Below are positions 40,033 to 52,542 of a stretch of DNA of 64,000 nt, piece after piece. The notes under the pieces are model-generated. The model worked only from the letters and a program-made list of their open reading frames with translations, did not search any database and was not told the origin of the DNA. Source of the DNA: Fidelibacterota bacterium (GTDB taxonomy: Bacteria; Fidelibacterota; Marinisomatia; Marinisomatales; Marinisomataceae). Numbering within the stretch: the first letter of the stretch is position 1; each line of letters begins with the position of its first letter. The position numbers and the translations under genes were made by a program. The stretch spans positions 224,001-288,000 of the forward strand of contig OZ243041.1 of the NCBI GenBank assembly GCA_965212055.1, in the 5' to 3' direction.

Positions 40033-40171
40033 TGGGTTAATTTATTTAATTAAATCAAAAAAAGCATAAGTTTAAAAGTTAATCCTTCTCTTATTTAGTG
40101 CTTGACTGATTTGTCAATTAAGGCGTAATGTTCAGTCTACTTTAATGATACAAAAAGGCTAATTAATTAGT

Positions 40172-40819
40172 ATGCAATTATTCTCCAGATGGACTAATAA
40201 CTTTGCTGGAATTTTTTTGATGGGGGTCTTTTTACTTCTATTTTCCCTGTCATCTTTTATATGGTATTATGGATCTCCTTATTATACTGATGTAGGATAC
40301 GCACCTGTTCAACCAGTTCCATATAGCCATAAATTACATGCTGGAGATTTGGGAATTGACTGTCGATACTGCCACGTTGGCGTCGAACAATCTTATTCTG
40401 CTGTTATTCCACCAACAGAAACATGTATGGGCTGTCATACCTTTGTGAAAACAGATAGTGACAAATTAAAATTAGTGCGAGAAAGTTGGGAAACTGGAAA
40501 ACCTATTGAATGGATTAAAGTACATATGCTTCCCGAATATGCTTATTTCAATCATAGTGTTCATGTAAATTCTGGTGTTTCTTGTATCTCTTGTCATGGA
40601 AATATTGCAGAAATGGAAGTTGTATATCAGGTAAAACCGCTCAGTATGGATTGGTGTTTAGATTGTCATAGATCTGATAGCCCTGAGATTAGACCCGTAG
40701 ACCAAGTAACCAATATGTATTGGACTCCACCCGATGACTATGATCAATTTGTAGCAGATTTTTTCGAACAACATGGTGATGAAAGACCAGTAGCGGATTG
40801 TCAACAATGTCACAGATAA
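40172..40819 (+). CDS. actA: Alternative complex III pentaheme cytochrome c
   Basis: PVQPVPYSHKLH; five CxxCH (CRYCH, CMGCH, CISCH, CLDCH, CQQCH). Confidence 0.93.
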   Translation: MQLFSRWTNNFAGIFLMGVFLLLFSLSSFIWYYGSPYYTDVGYAPVQPVPYSHKLHAGDLGIDCRYCHVGVEQSYSAVIPPTETCMGCHTFVKTDSDKLKLVRESWETGKPIEWIKVHMLPEYAYFNHSVHVNSGVSCISCHGNIAEMEVVYQVKPLSMDWCLDCHRSDSPEIRPVDQVTNMYWTPPDDYDQFVADFFEQHGDERPVADCQQCHR

Positions 40820-43800
40820 AAAATAAAAATCAAGAATTTGTAAAAACAAACCGTAATGGTGAGGATAAGGCAAACTCCCATCAATTTGGATACTGGAAAA
40901 GTTTAAAAGATATTTCATCTACAGATGATTACGATAAATATTTAAAACAGTCAGAACATCATGAAGATAATAATTTTTCAAGAAGAAATTTTCTATCTCT
41001 GGTGGCAGCATCTGTTGCGTTAGCAGGATTGGAAGGTTGTAAGAAACCGGTTCAGAAAATTATTCCTTACGTCGAGGCTGAAATTGGAACAATACCAGGT
41101 GTACCTAAATATTATGCAAGTACAATGCCATTTAAGAATAATGCAATTGGAGTTTTGATTGAAAATCATGATGAACGACCTGTTAAAGTAGAAGGCAATA
41201 AGAAACACCCAACTTCTCTTGGGAAATCAAATACATTTAGCCAAGCAACTACCTTAGATATGTATGATCCTGATCGTGCCAGGGGAGTAAGGCTTGATGG
41301 CAAGAAAGTAGCTTGGTCAGATTATATCAAATATGCTCAATCTATTCATGATTCAAATGGAGAAGGATTAGCAGTCTTATTACAAGAGTCATCCTCTCCA
41401 ACTCTGAATGTGCTTCGAGATGATTTTGTGAAGACATATCCTAATGCCGATTGGGTGGTGTATGATCCAATCAATAATGAAAATTTATATCTAGGTATTG
41501 AAAAAGCATTTGGAAGAAAAATGCAGCCTTGTAATCGTTTGGAAAATGCCCAAACAATTTTATCTATTGGTTCTGATTTTCTTGGATGTGATGATAACAA
41601 TATTTATAACACAAAGAAATTTGCACAAAATAGAAAATTAGAAGATGAAAATAGTACAATGAATAGACTTTATGTGGTAGAAAGTTCTATGACTTCAACA
41701 GGTGCGAGTGCAGATCATCGATTAAATGTACGTGTTGGTGAATTTAATTTGGTATTAAAAGAGTTGTGTAGTGAATTGAAGAAATTAGGACTAAAAACTG
41801 ATGCTAGAAATCTTAAAACATCAAACAATTTATGGATTAAAACCGTTGCAGAAGAATTAGTAAAAAATGAGGGTAATTGCATGATTCTTGGAGGGAATCA
41901 TCTATCAGCCGAAGCCCATGCTATTATTGCAATGTTGAATCATCAACTAGCTGCTCCTATTGATTACTATCCGTTGACAAAATCGCATGTAACCTCTTCA
42001 AAAGATTTAGGTGCTCTTTGCACAAAGATGAAAAAAGGATCTATTAAAAATTTAATTATTCTAGGTGGAAATCCTGTGTACAATACACCAGCCGATCTAG
42101 AATTTGCAACATTAATGAACAATGTTGAAAACGTCGTTCATTTGAGTAATATCTATGATGAAACTTCAAAACATTCTAATTGGCATATAGCAGAATCTCA
42201 TTTCTTTGAAACTTGGGGAGATGCAATGACTTATGATGGATATCCAAGTGTTATTCAGCCACAAATTAGACCATTGTTTCAATCAAAGAGTGCAATTGAA
42301 ATGCTAATTCCAGTAGTCTATGGAGAAGAAAAAAGTTCTTATGATTTAATTAAAGATATCTGGAAAAGAAAAGTTACCAAACAATCCAATTTTGAAAATA
42401 CTTGGAATAAAATCCTTCATGATGGTGTTTATGAGAAAGCATTATTGAAAGCCCAAGGGATTCGCTCAAGAGATGTTTCTCTTTTATCCTTAACAGATCA
42501 ACAGATAAAAGAAAATCAATTTGAAGTCGTATTTGTTGCTTCTTCTTCAATGTATGATGGGCGTTATGCAAACAATGGATGGTTGCAAGAACTTCCAAAA
42601 CCAATTACCCATTTAACATGGGACAATGCTGCTTTAATTAGTATGTCAGTTGCAAAACAACTCAACGTGAAAAATGGCCAAATGTTGGAGATTACCTTGG
42701 ATAAAAAGACAGTAAAAATTCCAGCATGGATTGTCCCAGGACAGAATAGAAAAACGATTACCTTGGAACTTGGTTATGGAAGAGATTTTAATGGTCGGGT
42801 AGGACATGGTGTTGGGTTTAATATGTATCCTTTACGTACAACAAAAAATATGATATATGGTGCTGGTGCAACGGTCAAAGTATTAAAAGAAAAATATCCT
42901 TTAGCAGGAACACAAGATCATTATGGGTTAGAATCGGATGACCTTTCTTTGTCAAAGAGTTTATCCACTGAGGAAACACAAGTCGTATTCCTGAATTAGT
43001 TCGTCAAGCGACATTAGACGAATACAAGGACCATCCAGATTTTGTTAAGCATGCCGTTGAAGAACATTTACCTGATAAGGGAAGAGAATTAAAAGATTAC
43101 TCTATGTATAATCCAGAACCAGAATATGATTACAGTAAAGGACATCAATGGGGAATGTCTATCGATTTAACAAGCTGTACTGGTTGTAATGCTTGTTCTA
43201 TTGCTTGCCAAAGTGAAAACAATATTCCTGTAGTTGGAAAACAACAGGTATTGAATGGAAGAGAAATGCACTGGATTCGTATTGACAATTATTTTTCTGG
43301 GGATCCTGACAATCCAGAAGTCTCTACTCAATCGGTGGCTTGTGTTCATTGTGAATTAGCGCCATGCGAAACCGTATGTCCAGTTTCTGCTACTACACAT
43401 TCAAGTGATGGTGTTAATCAAATGGTATACAATCGATGTGTTGGTACAAGGTATTGTGCTAATAATTGTCCATATAAAGTAAGAAAATTCAATTTTTATA
43501 ATTTTACAAAAGATACTCCTGAAGTAGTTCAAATGGCTATGAACCCTGATGTTAGTGTACGATTCAGAGGGGTCATGGAAAAATGTACATATTGTTATCA
43601 ACGTGTAAGTGAAGCAAGAATAAAAGCAAGTAATGAACACAGAGAACTTGCAGATGGAGACATTCATACTGCTTGTCAACAATCATGTCCAGCAGATGCA
43701 ATTATTTTTGGAGACATTAATGATGAGCAAAGCGAAGTGAGTAAAGCAAAGAGACGTAATCGTGATTATGCTTTATTAGGGCAAATTGGTACGAGTCCAC

Positions 43801-43874
43801 GAACAACCTATCTTGCAAAAATAAGAAATCAAAACCCGAAACTGATTACAAATCATGCAGGAGAACATCACTAG
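40807..43874 (+). CDS. actB: Alternative complex III subunit B (molybdopterin-like plus Fe-S domains), frameshift near 42980
   Basis: YWKSL and Tat SRRNFL...GC; NNGWLQELP.P...LTWDN; frame open from 42981 into CTGCNAC, CVHC..APC..VCP, CVGTRYC..NCP, EKCTYC. Confidence 0.92.
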
Positions 43875-45260
43875 ATGTCAGAAGCAGTCATTAAATCAAG
43901 AGCACAAAAAAATTCTGAAGAACTGCTTCTAGGTAATCAAACATTTACAACAATTACCAATGATATCAGTGGAGTTCCTGAACAGAAAAAGGCACCAATT
44001 CAATGGAAACTAGCATTTGCATTAGCACTTTCTTTGTTAGCTGTGTTTGTTGGTAGTCTTGGTTATTTAATTTGGGAAGGAACTGGAATTTGGGGAGTTA
44101 ATATGCCTATTGGATGGGGCTGGGCTATTATCAATTTTGTATGGTGGGTTGGTATTGGTCATGCTGGTACTTTGATTTCAGCGATTTTACACTTATTTAG
44201 ACAGAATTGGCGTAATTCAATCAATCGTTTTGCCGAAACCATGACATTATTTGCAGTAATATGTGCTCTTATTTTTCCGGGGATTCATATCGGAAGAATT
44301 TGGGTAGCATATTGGTTTTTCCCTGTGCCTAACCAGATGGCTATGTGGCCTAATTTTAGAAGTCCATTAATCTGGGACTTTTTTGCTGTATTTACATATT
44401 TTACCGTGTCTTTATTATTCTGGTACACTGGTCTCATTCCTGATTTAGCAACTTTAAGAGATAGAGCCAAAACGAAATTAAGAAAGAAAATTTATGGATT
44501 TTTTGCCTTGGGATGGAGAGGCGGCAATAGACAATGGCAGCATTATGAATTAGCTTATTTGGTATTAGCTGGAATTTCAACTCCACTTGTTTTATCAGTA
44601 CATAGTGTTGTTAGCTCTGATTTTGCCACCAGTGTAATTCCTGGATGGCACACAACAATATTCCCTCCTTATTTTGTCGCAGGTGCGATTTATTCTGGTT
44701 TTGGTATGGTAATGACATTGGCTGTTGCTGCACGGAGTCTTTATAATCTTAAACATATTATTACAGTTAATCATTTAGATAAGATGGCACAGATTATGCT
44801 ATTAACGGGATCCATTGTTGGCTATTCCTATGCTATGGAGTTTTTTATTGCATGGTATAGCGGTAACCAATATGAAAAGTATGCATTTATTAATAGAGCA
44901 CTTGGGCCTTATTGGTGGGCATATTGGACAATGATATTCTGCAATGTTGTTGTACCACAATTTTATTGGTTCAAACGTTTTAGAACTCATGTTCCATTTC
45001 TTTTTATCACATCTATTTTAGTCAATATCGGTATGTGGTTTGAGCGTTTTGTAATTGTTGTGATATCCTTACATCGCGATTATCTACCTTCTTCATGGGC
45101 AATGTATAGTCCAACTATTTGGGATATTGCAATTTATCTTGGAACTTTTGGAATATTTTTTACTGGTTTTCTTTTATTCTTAAGATTTTTGCCAATGGCA
45201 TCTATAGCGGAAGTAAAATTAGTTTTACCTGAATCTAATCCTCATCATGGAGAGCATTAA
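43875..45260 (+). CDS. actC: Alternative complex III subunit C (NrfD family)
   Basis: [45 protein letters not shown]. Confidence 0.95.
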   Translation: MSEAVIKSRAQKNSEELLLGNQTFTTITNDISGVPEQKKAPIQWKLAFALALSLLAVFVGSLGYLIWEGTGIWGVNMPIGWGWAIINFVWWVGIGHAGTLISAILHLFRQNWRNSINRFAETMTLFAVICALIFPGIHIGRIWVAYWFFPVPNQMAMWPNFRSPLIWDFFAVFTYFTVSLLFWYTGLIPDLATLRDRAKTKLRKKIYGFFALGWRGGNRQWQHYELAYLVLAGISTPLVLSVHSVVSSDFATSVIPGWHTTIFPPYFVAGAIYSGFGMVMTLAVAARSLYNLKHIITVNHLDKMAQIMLLTGSIVGYSYAMEFFIAWYSGNQYEKYAFINRALGPYWWAYWTMIFCNVVVPQFYWFKRFRTHVPFLFITSILVNIGMWFERFVIVVISLHRDYLPSSWAMYSPTIWDIAIYLGTFGIFFTGFLLFLRFLPMASIAEVKLVLPESNPHHGEH

Positions 45261-45799
45261 TGAAAACATATGGTATAATTGCAAAATTTGATGATCCGTC
45301 AGCATTGCTCCATGCTGCTGAAGAAGTAAGAGATGCAGGATTTAAAAATTTTGATTGTCACTCTCCATTCCCTGTACATGGGTTGGATGATGCAATGGGA
45401 TTAAAAAGATCAAGATTAGGCTATGTGATTGGTGTGTGCGGATTAATCGGTGCTTTATTTGGATTTGGGCTTCAAACATGGGTTCATTTATTTGAATATC
45501 CAATGAATATTGGTGGAAAACCATTCTTTGCATATCCTGCTTATGCTATTATCACCTTTGAATTAATGGTATTATTCAGTGCATTTGGTGCAGTATTTGG
45601 AATGATGTATTTTAATAAGATCCCTCGTTTACATCACCCTCTGTTTTATTCGGAAAAATTTTGTAGTGTTACAAGCGATGCATTTTATGTGAGCATTGAA
45701 AGTGTAGATCCAAAATATGATGAAAGAGAAGTAGAAAATTTTCTTACAAAGATTGGTGGGAAGGAGATTGAAGTAATAAAAGATGAAAATGAAGAATAA
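45260..45799 (+). CDS. actD: Alternative complex III subunit D (DUF3341)
   Basis: SPFPVHGLD, IGGKP, TFELMVL. Confidence 0.92.
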   Translation: MKTYGIIAKFDDPSALLHAAEEVRDAGFKNFDCHSPFPVHGLDDAMGLKRSRLGYVIGVCGLIGALFGFGLQTWVHLFEYPMNIGGKPFFAYPAYAIITFELMVLFSAFGAVFGMMYFNKIPRLHHPLFYSEKFCSVTSDAFYVSIESVDPKYDEREVENFLTKIGGKEIEVIKDENEE

Positions 45800-46400
45800 C
45801 ATACTAGTATTATTATTCTGTTTATTATTTCTAACGGGATGTTTCCGCGGATCAAGGTTTGAGGATCCGCCAATCCATTTAAATCCAAATATGGATAACC
45901 AACAAAAATATAGATCATTAGAAGAAAGTTATTTTTTTGACGACGGTTCTACCATGAGAAAACCGATTGAAGGAACCGTTGCTGTTGGTGCCTATAATGA
46001 AGATGGTGCATTTATTAGTGGGAAAAATAAAGATGGAAGTTATGTAGCTAATAATCCGATTGACCTTACCATGGACGTATTAGATAGAGGGCAAGATAGA
46101 TATAATATTTATTGTGCTCCTTGTCATTCTCAAGTTGGTGATGGAAAAGGAATTGTTACTCAATATGATTATCCGGTTATTCCTGGAAATTTTCATGATG
46201 ATCGTATTCGCAATCAAGCTGATGGAGAAATGTTCAATACTATTACATATGGATTACGTAGTATGCCTGCATATGGTTATCAATTAAAAACTGAAGATGT
46301 CTGGGCTGTTGTTCATTACGTGAGAGTATTGCAAAGAAGCCAAAATGCTTCATTTGATGATTTACCAGATATTGAAAAAGAAAAGATGAAAAAAGAATAA
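45783..46400 (+). CDS. actE: Alternative complex III monoheme cytochrome c lipoprotein
   Basis: LTGC lipobox, CAPCH, MP.Y...L...D.WAVV.Y. Confidence 0.92.
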   Translation: MKMKNNILVLLFCLLFLTGCFRGSRFEDPPIHLNPNMDNQQKYRSLEESYFFDDGSTMRKPIEGTVAVGAYNEDGAFISGKNKDGSYVANNPIDLTMDVLDRGQDRYNIYCAPCHSQVGDGKGIVTQYDYPVIPGNFHDDRIRNQADGEMFNTITYGLRSMPAYGYQLKTEDVWAVVHYVRVLQRSQNASFDDLPDIEKEKMKKE

Positions 46401-47593
46401 TGCAATTAGATTCAAAAACATATACTTATAGTTCAAAGAAGTCCAATAATTATATTCTAATATTTCTTGGATTGGTTTTGTTAATAGTAAACTTTGTATT
46501 GGGTTTTTCTTCTAAAGAGTTCTATTTCTCATATCTTACTTCATATTTCTTTTGGTTGTCTATTTTACTTGGTGGGATATTTTTTACACTAGTTCATCAT
46601 GGTTTTTCTGCAACATGGAGTACAGTGATTAGAAGAGTAATGGAGAATATTATTATACTCATGCCAGTATTTACATTATTATTTTTTCCAATTGTGGTAG
46701 GGATGGACAAATTATTTCTATGGATGCCTTCTCACGAACTTTTTAATGCAGCTGATCATTTATTACAAGTCAAAGAACCATTTTTAAATGAACAATCATT
46801 TCTCATCAGATTTGTTTTATATTTTTCTCTTTGGAATCTTATTTCAATCTTTCTTTATAGAATGTCGGTTAAACATGATAGTACTGGAGATCATTCTCTG
46901 TTAAGGAAAATGAGTTTCTTTAGCATGAGTCCTCTTGCAGTATTGTTTTTTGTTAGTCTGACTTTCGTAGGATTTGATTTATTGATGAGCTTAGATCCTC
47001 ATTGGTATTCAACAATGTTTGGGGTTTATATTTTTTCAGGCAGTTTTTTAGTATTCTTAGCTGTCTTAACTTTTACTCTCATTAGATTACAAGACCAAGG
47101 ATACCTGAATGGCATTGTTTCAAAAGAACACTATCATGATCTAGGAAAATACTTATTTGCATTCACTGTATTCTATTGTTATATCGCTGGAGCACAATTC
47201 TATTTTATTTGGTATAGTAATCTTCCAGAAGAAACAATCTGGTATCTCCATAGGTGGGTAGGAACTTGGAAAGTGGCGAGTGTCCTATTGATTTTTGGAA
47301 AATTTATGGTTCCATTCTTCACATTAGTGTTCCGTGCATCAAAGCGTAACACAAAAGTGTTAAAAGTCATGACTCTTTGGATTATTGCAATACATTACTT
47401 AGATATTCATTGGATTGTGATGCCTACCATTCATCATGATAATGTTCATCTTGGTGCGTATGATTTATTTACAATGTTAGGATTTACTTTAGTGTTTGTA
47501 GGAATGTTTAAACACATTATGTCTAGAAATGCACTAGTACCAATTAATGATCCGGAACTAAAACATGCAATTAATCACAGGAATAGCAATTAA
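46400..47593 (+). CDS. actF: Alternative complex III subunit F
   Basis: MSLDPHWYSTMFG, HDLGK, IWYSNLPEE. Confidence 0.92.
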   Translation: MQLDSKTYTYSSKKSNNYILIFLGLVLLIVNFVLGFSSKEFYFSYLTSYFFWLSILLGGIFFTLVHHGFSATWSTVIRRVMENIIILMPVFTLLFFPIVVGMDKLFLWMPSHELFNAADHLLQVKEPFLNEQSFLIRFVLYFSLWNLISIFLYRMSVKHDSTGDHSLLRKMSFFSMSPLAVLFFVSLTFVGFDLLMSLDPHWYSTMFGVYIFSGSFLVFLAVLTFTLIRLQDQGYLNGIVSKEHYHDLGKYLFAFTVFYCYIAGAQFYFIWYSNLPEETIWYLHRWVGTWKVASVLLIFGKFMVPFFTLVFRASKRNTKVLKVMTLWIIAIHYLDIHWIVMPTIHHDNVHLGAYDLFTMLGFTLVFVGMFKHIMSRNALVPINDPELKHAINHRNSN

Positions 47594-47611
47594 TTACAGG
47601 AATAATTAAAA

Positions 47612-47914
47612 ATGAATAATAAAAAAGAATATGAAATAAGAGATATTCCAGTCAAACCAGTTGCAATTGGTGGTATAGTATTTATGATTATCGTAGGGAT
47701 AACTTTATTTTTGCTTTACGAATATTATATCCGTGTATTAGATGATACCGAATATGAATTGAAATTAAGTAAACGATCAAAGAAATTAATGGAATTGAGA
47801 AAATTGGAAGATGAATCATTAAATAGTTACAAGATAATTGATGAAGAAAAACAAATTTATCAAATTCCTATCGACCGATCAAAAGAGTTAATGCTTGATG
47901 AACAATCTAATTAA
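47612..47914 (+). CDS. Single-TM protein, probable ActG
   Basis: Position after actF; C-terminal QIPIDR. Confidence 0.6.
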   Translation: MNNKKEYEIRDIPVKPVAIGGIVFMIIVGITLFLLYEYYIRVLDDTEYELKLSKRSKKLMELRKLEDESLNSYKIIDEEKQIYQIPIDRSKELMLDEQSN

Positions 47915-48722
47915 ATTATTATTGGTTTTCTTACTTTCTGATTTTTCATATACCCAGATTTTAAAAAAGGAATTTCCTGCAGAAGGGCCTATTGATATTA
48001 TAGAAAAGTTAGGGGATACAGTTGATTTAGAATCTAAATTTTTAAATGAAAAAGGAGAACCAGTAATACTAAAAGATTTTTTTTATAAAGATATACCTAC
48101 CATCATTACTCTAAATTATTTTGAGTGTCCTATGTTATGTAGCTTGGTTCTGAATGGGCTTGGGGATAGTCTTAAAAAAATGAGTTTAAATCTAGGGAGT
48201 GAATATCAAATCATTACAATCGATATTAATCCACATGAAAGCTACAAATTAGCAAATGAGAAAAAAAATAATTATATAAAAGAATATGATATTGAAAACC
48301 TTGATGAAAACTGGACTTTTTTAACTGGTAATTATGATAACATTAAGAAGGTTACAGATAGTCTTGGATTTATTTATTATTATGATAGAACAGTAAATGA
48401 ATATATGCATCCTGCAGCAATTATTATTGTAAGCTCAGAGGGGATGATATCTCGTTACTTAATTCCCGATGAATATTACCCATCTTCCAGTAAATTTTCT
48501 GAGAAAGACTTAAAATTGGCTCTTTTAGAAGCTGCTGAAGGTAAAATTGGATCCATACTTGATAAGCTTATTCTTCCTTGTTATCGTTATGATCCAAAGA
48601 AGAATACTTATACGCTTTTTGCTACCAATATTATGCGAATTGGTGGTATATTAACTCTCATTTTTATAGGTCTTATGCTTTTTCATTTCTGGAGAAAAGA
48701 TCACAATTTAGTTGGGGATTGA
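47895..48722 (+). CDS. SCO1/SenC family protein
   Basis: YFECPMLC, YMHPA, ISRYL. Confidence 0.9.
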   Translation: MMNNLIKLLLVFLLSDFSYTQILKKEFPAEGPIDIIEKLGDTVDLESKFLNEKGEPVILKDFFYKDIPTIITLNYFECPMLCSLVLNGLGDSLKKMSLNLGSEYQIITIDINPHESYKLANEKKNNYIKEYDIENLDENWTFLTGNYDNIKKVTDSLGFIYYYDRTVNEYMHPAAIIIVSSEGMISRYLIPDEYYPSSSKFSEKDLKLALLEAAEGKIGSILDKLILPCYRYDPKKNTYTLFATNIMRIGGILTLIFIGLMLFHFWRKDHNLVGD

Positions 48723-49711
48723 AATTGGATAGATTAACAGAATATTTGTTTCCTGAACAAGTGTCAACATTTGCACAAGATATTGACAACCTCTTCTATT
48801 TTATTTTTTATGCTTCAATCGCATTGCTTGCAATTGTCACTTTTGGCATGATTTATCTAGCTATTAAATATCGTTTTAAAAAGAACGATGAAGTACGACT
48901 TACTAGTAGCATAGATCACAATTCTATACTGGAATCATCATTTGTTATTATTCCACTTATTTTAGTTTCTATTACCTTTGTATGGGGTATTAAATCATAC
49001 CTCAATATGGTTACTGTTCCTAATGATGCCATTGAAATGAAAATTACTGGGCAAAGTTGGTATTGGACTTGGGATTATCCAGATGGAGGGCCTTCCAATG
49101 TATTTAGCACAGCTCAGCCGTTGGTACTGCCTGTTAATACTCCGATAAAAATTGTTTTATCTTCTACAGATGTATTACATAGTTTTTATATACCAGTAAT
49201 GCGTGCAAAAATGGATGTTTTACCAAACCGTTATAATGTTATGTGGTTCGATGCTAAGAAGGTAGGAGAATATTCTATTTTTTGCACAGAATATTGTGGT
49301 ACTCAACATTCTCAAATGAGTGGGACGGTGAAAATAGTCCCTATAAAAGTATATGAGAAATGGCTTACTGAAGCTGGTTCGGAAGATGATGATTTACCTT
49401 TGGATGAACTGGGAGCAAAACTTTATACTAAAAAAGCTTGTATTACATGTCATACATTGGATGGATCAGCGCTTGTTGGACCTTCTTATTTACAAACTAG
49501 TCAGATGTGGGGACAGGAAAGAGTATTTGATGATGGAAGTAGCGCTACAATAGATGATAATTATATTCGTAATTCTATTTTAGAACCCCAATCTCAAATT
49601 GTAGCTGGATATCAAGGTGTAATGCCTACTTATCAGGGGGTCTTAAATGATCGCGAATTGGATGCATTAATTGCATTTCTAAAAACTTTAAAAGAGGATT
49701 CGGAGATTTAA
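48719..49711 (+). CDS. coxB: Cytochrome c oxidase subunit II with fused cytochrome c (caa3)
   Basis: DVLHSF, CTEYCGTQHSQM CuA site, CITCH heme. Confidence 0.96.
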   Translation: MKLDRLTEYLFPEQVSTFAQDIDNLFYFIFYASIALLAIVTFGMIYLAIKYRFKKNDEVRLTSSIDHNSILESSFVIIPLILVSITFVWGIKSYLNMVTVPNDAIEMKITGQSWYWTWDYPDGGPSNVFSTAQPLVLPVNTPIKIVLSSTDVLHSFYIPVMRAKMDVLPNRYNVMWFDAKKVGEYSIFCTEYCGTQHSQMSGTVKIVPIKVYEKWLTEAGSEDDDLPLDELGAKLYTKKACITCHTLDGSALVGPSYLQTSQMWGQERVFDDGSSATIDDNYIRNSILEPQSQIVAGYQGVMPTYQGVLNDRELDALIAFLKTLKEDSEI

Positions 49712-49733
49712 AATTATAAATTAAAGGACATTT

Positions 49734-51383
49734 ATGAGCGATAATCATCAAAACAACTATCTTACTTATCCAAAGGGAATTATGTCTTGGTTATTAACCC
49801 TTGATCATAAACGTATTGGTCTTATGTATCTTTTTGGAGGAATGTTTTTCTTCTTTCTTGCTGGTGCGATAGCATTGATTATGAGATACGTACTTGCAAC
49901 TCCAGAGGCTGATTTTGTAACAAACGATCAATACAATAGTATGTACACCTTGCATGGTGCCATTATGATTTTCTTATTTATTATTCCCGCCATACCTGGT
50001 GCATTAGGCAATATCTTGCTTCCATTAATGCTTGGTGCAAGGGACGTAGCTTTTCCGAGACTGAATCTGTTTAGTTTCTATCTGTATAGTCTTGGAGCAG
50101 TCTTTGTTATTTATACAATTCTTGCAGGAGGGGTTGATACTGGTTGGACTTTTTATACACCTTATTCTACAACCAGTACAACAAATGTTATTCCGATGAC
50201 CCTTGGGATATTTATTATAGGCTTTTCTTCAATTTTAACTGGATTAAACTTTATTGCTACAATCCATAAAATGAGAATTAAAGGCTTAACTTGGTATAAA
50301 CTTCCTTTGTTTGTATGGGCACTTTATGGAACATCATTAGTACAGATTACAGCAACCCCTGTGATTGCAATAACGATGGTCTTATTAATTCTTGAAAGAT
50401 TGTTGGGAATTGGAATCTTTGATCCTGCACTTGGAGGAGACCCAGTTCTCTTTCAACACTTTTTCTGGTTCTATTCTCATCCAGCAGTATACATTATGAT
50501 TTTGCCTGCTTTTGGTATTATCAGTGAGATTATACCAGTGCATTCTAGAAAGAAAGTATGGGGATATAAATTTATTGCATATTCAACACTTTCAATTGCA
50601 TTTATTGGTTTCCTAGTTTGGGGACATCATATGTTCACTTCTGGGCAATCTGTATTCTCTCAAATTGTTTTCTCATTTATTACATATTTTGTAGGTATTC
50701 CAACTGGAATAAAGATATTTAGTTGGATGTTAACAATGTACAGAGGACAAGTCTCTTTTACTCCACCTATGCTTTATGCACTATCATTCTTATTCTTATT
50801 CACGATTGGTGGATTAACTGGAATATTTCTTGGTGCGGTTGCATTAGATATTCATTTACATGATACCTACTTTGTTGTTGCACACTTTCATTATGTAATG
50901 CAAGGAGGAACTATTGTTGCATTTCTTGGCGGTCTACACCATTGGTGGCCAAAATCTTTTGGGACAATGTATAATCAAACTATTGCTAATATATGTGCTA
51001 TTGGAGTTTTTATTGGTTTTAATGGAACATTTTTTCCACAGTTTTTACTTGGTTTAAGAGGAATGCCAAGACGATACGCCACTTATGATAATCTAGGTTC
51101 AGAAGCTTTAGTAGAACAATATGCTGCAACCCATAGTTATTCAACGTTTTGGTCTGGAATTTTAGGGTTAGCTATCTTCATTTCAGTTGTAAACCTTCTT
51201 TGGTCTTTAAGAAAAAATAATAAATTAGATCCAGGAACTAATCCATGGGGTGCCTTGACAATGGAGTGGACTCATACTACTTCTCCTCCTCATCCTCATA
51301 ATTTTGAAGAAGAACCAGTGCTAACGCATGGTCCATATGATTACGATAAAGTTCTTGTCAAACCTACATTAAAAAGAAAATGA
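49734..51383 (+). CDS. coxA: Cytochrome c oxidase subunit I (type A2)
   Basis: [36 protein letters not shown]. Confidence 0.97.
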   Translation: MSDNHQNNYLTYPKGIMSWLLTLDHKRIGLMYLFGGMFFFFLAGAIALIMRYVLATPEADFVTNDQYNSMYTLHGAIMIFLFIIPAIPGALGNILLPLMLGARDVAFPRLNLFSFYLYSLGAVFVIYTILAGGVDTGWTFYTPYSTTSTTNVIPMTLGIFIIGFSSILTGLNFIATIHKMRIKGLTWYKLPLFVWALYGTSLVQITATPVIAITMVLLILERLLGIGIFDPALGGDPVLFQHFFWFYSHPAVYIMILPAFGIISEIIPVHSRKKVWGYKFIAYSTLSIAFIGFLVWGHHMFTSGQSVFSQIVFSFITYFVGIPTGIKIFSWMLTMYRGQVSFTPPMLYALSFLFLFTIGGLTGIFLGAVALDIHLHDTYFVVAHFHYVMQGGTIVAFLGGLHHWWPKSFGTMYNQTIANICAIGVFIGFNGTFFPQFLLGLRGMPRRYATYDNLGSEALVEQYAATHSYSTFWSGILGLAIFISVVNLLWSLRKNNKLDPGTNPWGALTMEWTHTTSPPHPHNFEEEPVLTHGPYDYDKVLVKPTLKRK

Positions 51384-52120
51384 GTCACGATAAATCTTCT
51401 CCTGATTTTTTATATCATCATTTTTATGATGTAGATCAACAGTATGAAACTTCTAAGCTCGGTATGTGGGCATTTATTTTGACAGAAATCCTCACCTTTG
51501 GAGCATTATTTGTTGCTTACACAATATATCGTGCATGGAATCCTGATATGTTTATTGGTGCAAATTTATTGTTAGATGTTAACAAAGGTTTATTGAACAC
51601 AATTGTTTTGATTGGAAGTTCTCTTACAATGGCATTGGCTATTTGGGCAATTCAACTGAAAAAGAAAAAATTATCATTAATAATGCTTTTTATAACATTG
51701 ATTTGTGCAGCTATGTTCCTTGGTATCAAATATTTAGAGTATGAACATAAGTTTCATCTTGGACAGCTACCAGGTGAATACTATTCTTATATGGGTCCGG
51801 AAGTTGTTCAAGAGATTCATGATCAAGAAAAAATTGATTATTACATTGAAACCAATAATACATTTTTTGATAAAGAGACAAATCGTTTATATACAATGAA
51901 TAACCCTCATATTTTCTTCAGTATTTACTTTATAATGACGGGATTACATGGTTTACATGTTGCTATAGGAATGGGTTTGATTGCTTGGTTAATGGTTCTT
52001 ACTGCAAGAGGGAAATTACATTCTCGATATTACACCCATATGGAAGCAGTGGGAATTTTTTGGCACTTGGTTGATATAATTTGGATTTTCTTATTTCCAC
52101 TATTTTACTTGATAGGATAA
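51380..52120 (+). CDS. coxC: Cytochrome c oxidase subunit III
   Basis: [24 protein letters not shown]. Confidence 0.95.
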   Translation: MSHDKSSPDFLYHHFYDVDQQYETSKLGMWAFILTEILTFGALFVAYTIYRAWNPDMFIGANLLLDVNKGLLNTIVLIGSSLTMALAIWAIQLKKKKLSLIMLFITLICAAMFLGIKYLEYEHKFHLGQLPGEYYSYMGPEVVQEIHDQEKIDYYIETNNTFFDKETNRLYTMNNPHIFFSIYFIMTGLHGLHVAIGMGLIAWLMVLTARGKLHSRYYTHMEAVGIFWHLVDIIWIFLFPLFYLIG

Positions 52121-52122
52121 CT

Positions 52123-52542
52123 ATGTCTGAACATCATCATATTACACCACTAAAGATTTACTTCCGAGTTGCTGGAATATTATTCTTTTTGACTGCAGTG
52201 ACAGTGTGGGTATCATATGTTGATTTAGGATTTTTAAATATTGTTGTTGCATTGTTGATTGCTGGTACAAAAGCTAGTATTGTGGCATTATTCTTTATGC
52301 ATTTATTATGGGATGATAAGAAGAATTTAACAATATTTGTAATGTCATTAATGTTTCTTGCAATCTTCATTATTATTACAATGTCTGATACAGAATTTCG
52401 TGGTGCAATCAATCCTGAAATTAAAGATCCAATCGATAAACGTGCTGACTTTTATGATTCCTTACCTTTGACAGATGACCATGGAAATCTAATTCACGAA
52501 GATGGTAGCCATGAATCCGGGGATAAGGACGATCATCACTAA
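52123..52542 (+). CDS. coxD: Cytochrome c oxidase subunit IV (caa3 type)
   Basis: IA..KA..VALFFMHL.W; His/Asp-rich tail. Confidence 0.88.
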   Translation: MSEHHHITPLKIYFRVAGILFFLTAVTVWVSYVDLGFLNIVVALLIAGTKASIVALFFMHLLWDDKKNLTIFVMSLMFLAIFIIITMSDTEFRGAINPEIKDPIDKRADFYDSLPLTDDHGNLIHEDGSHESGDKDDHH

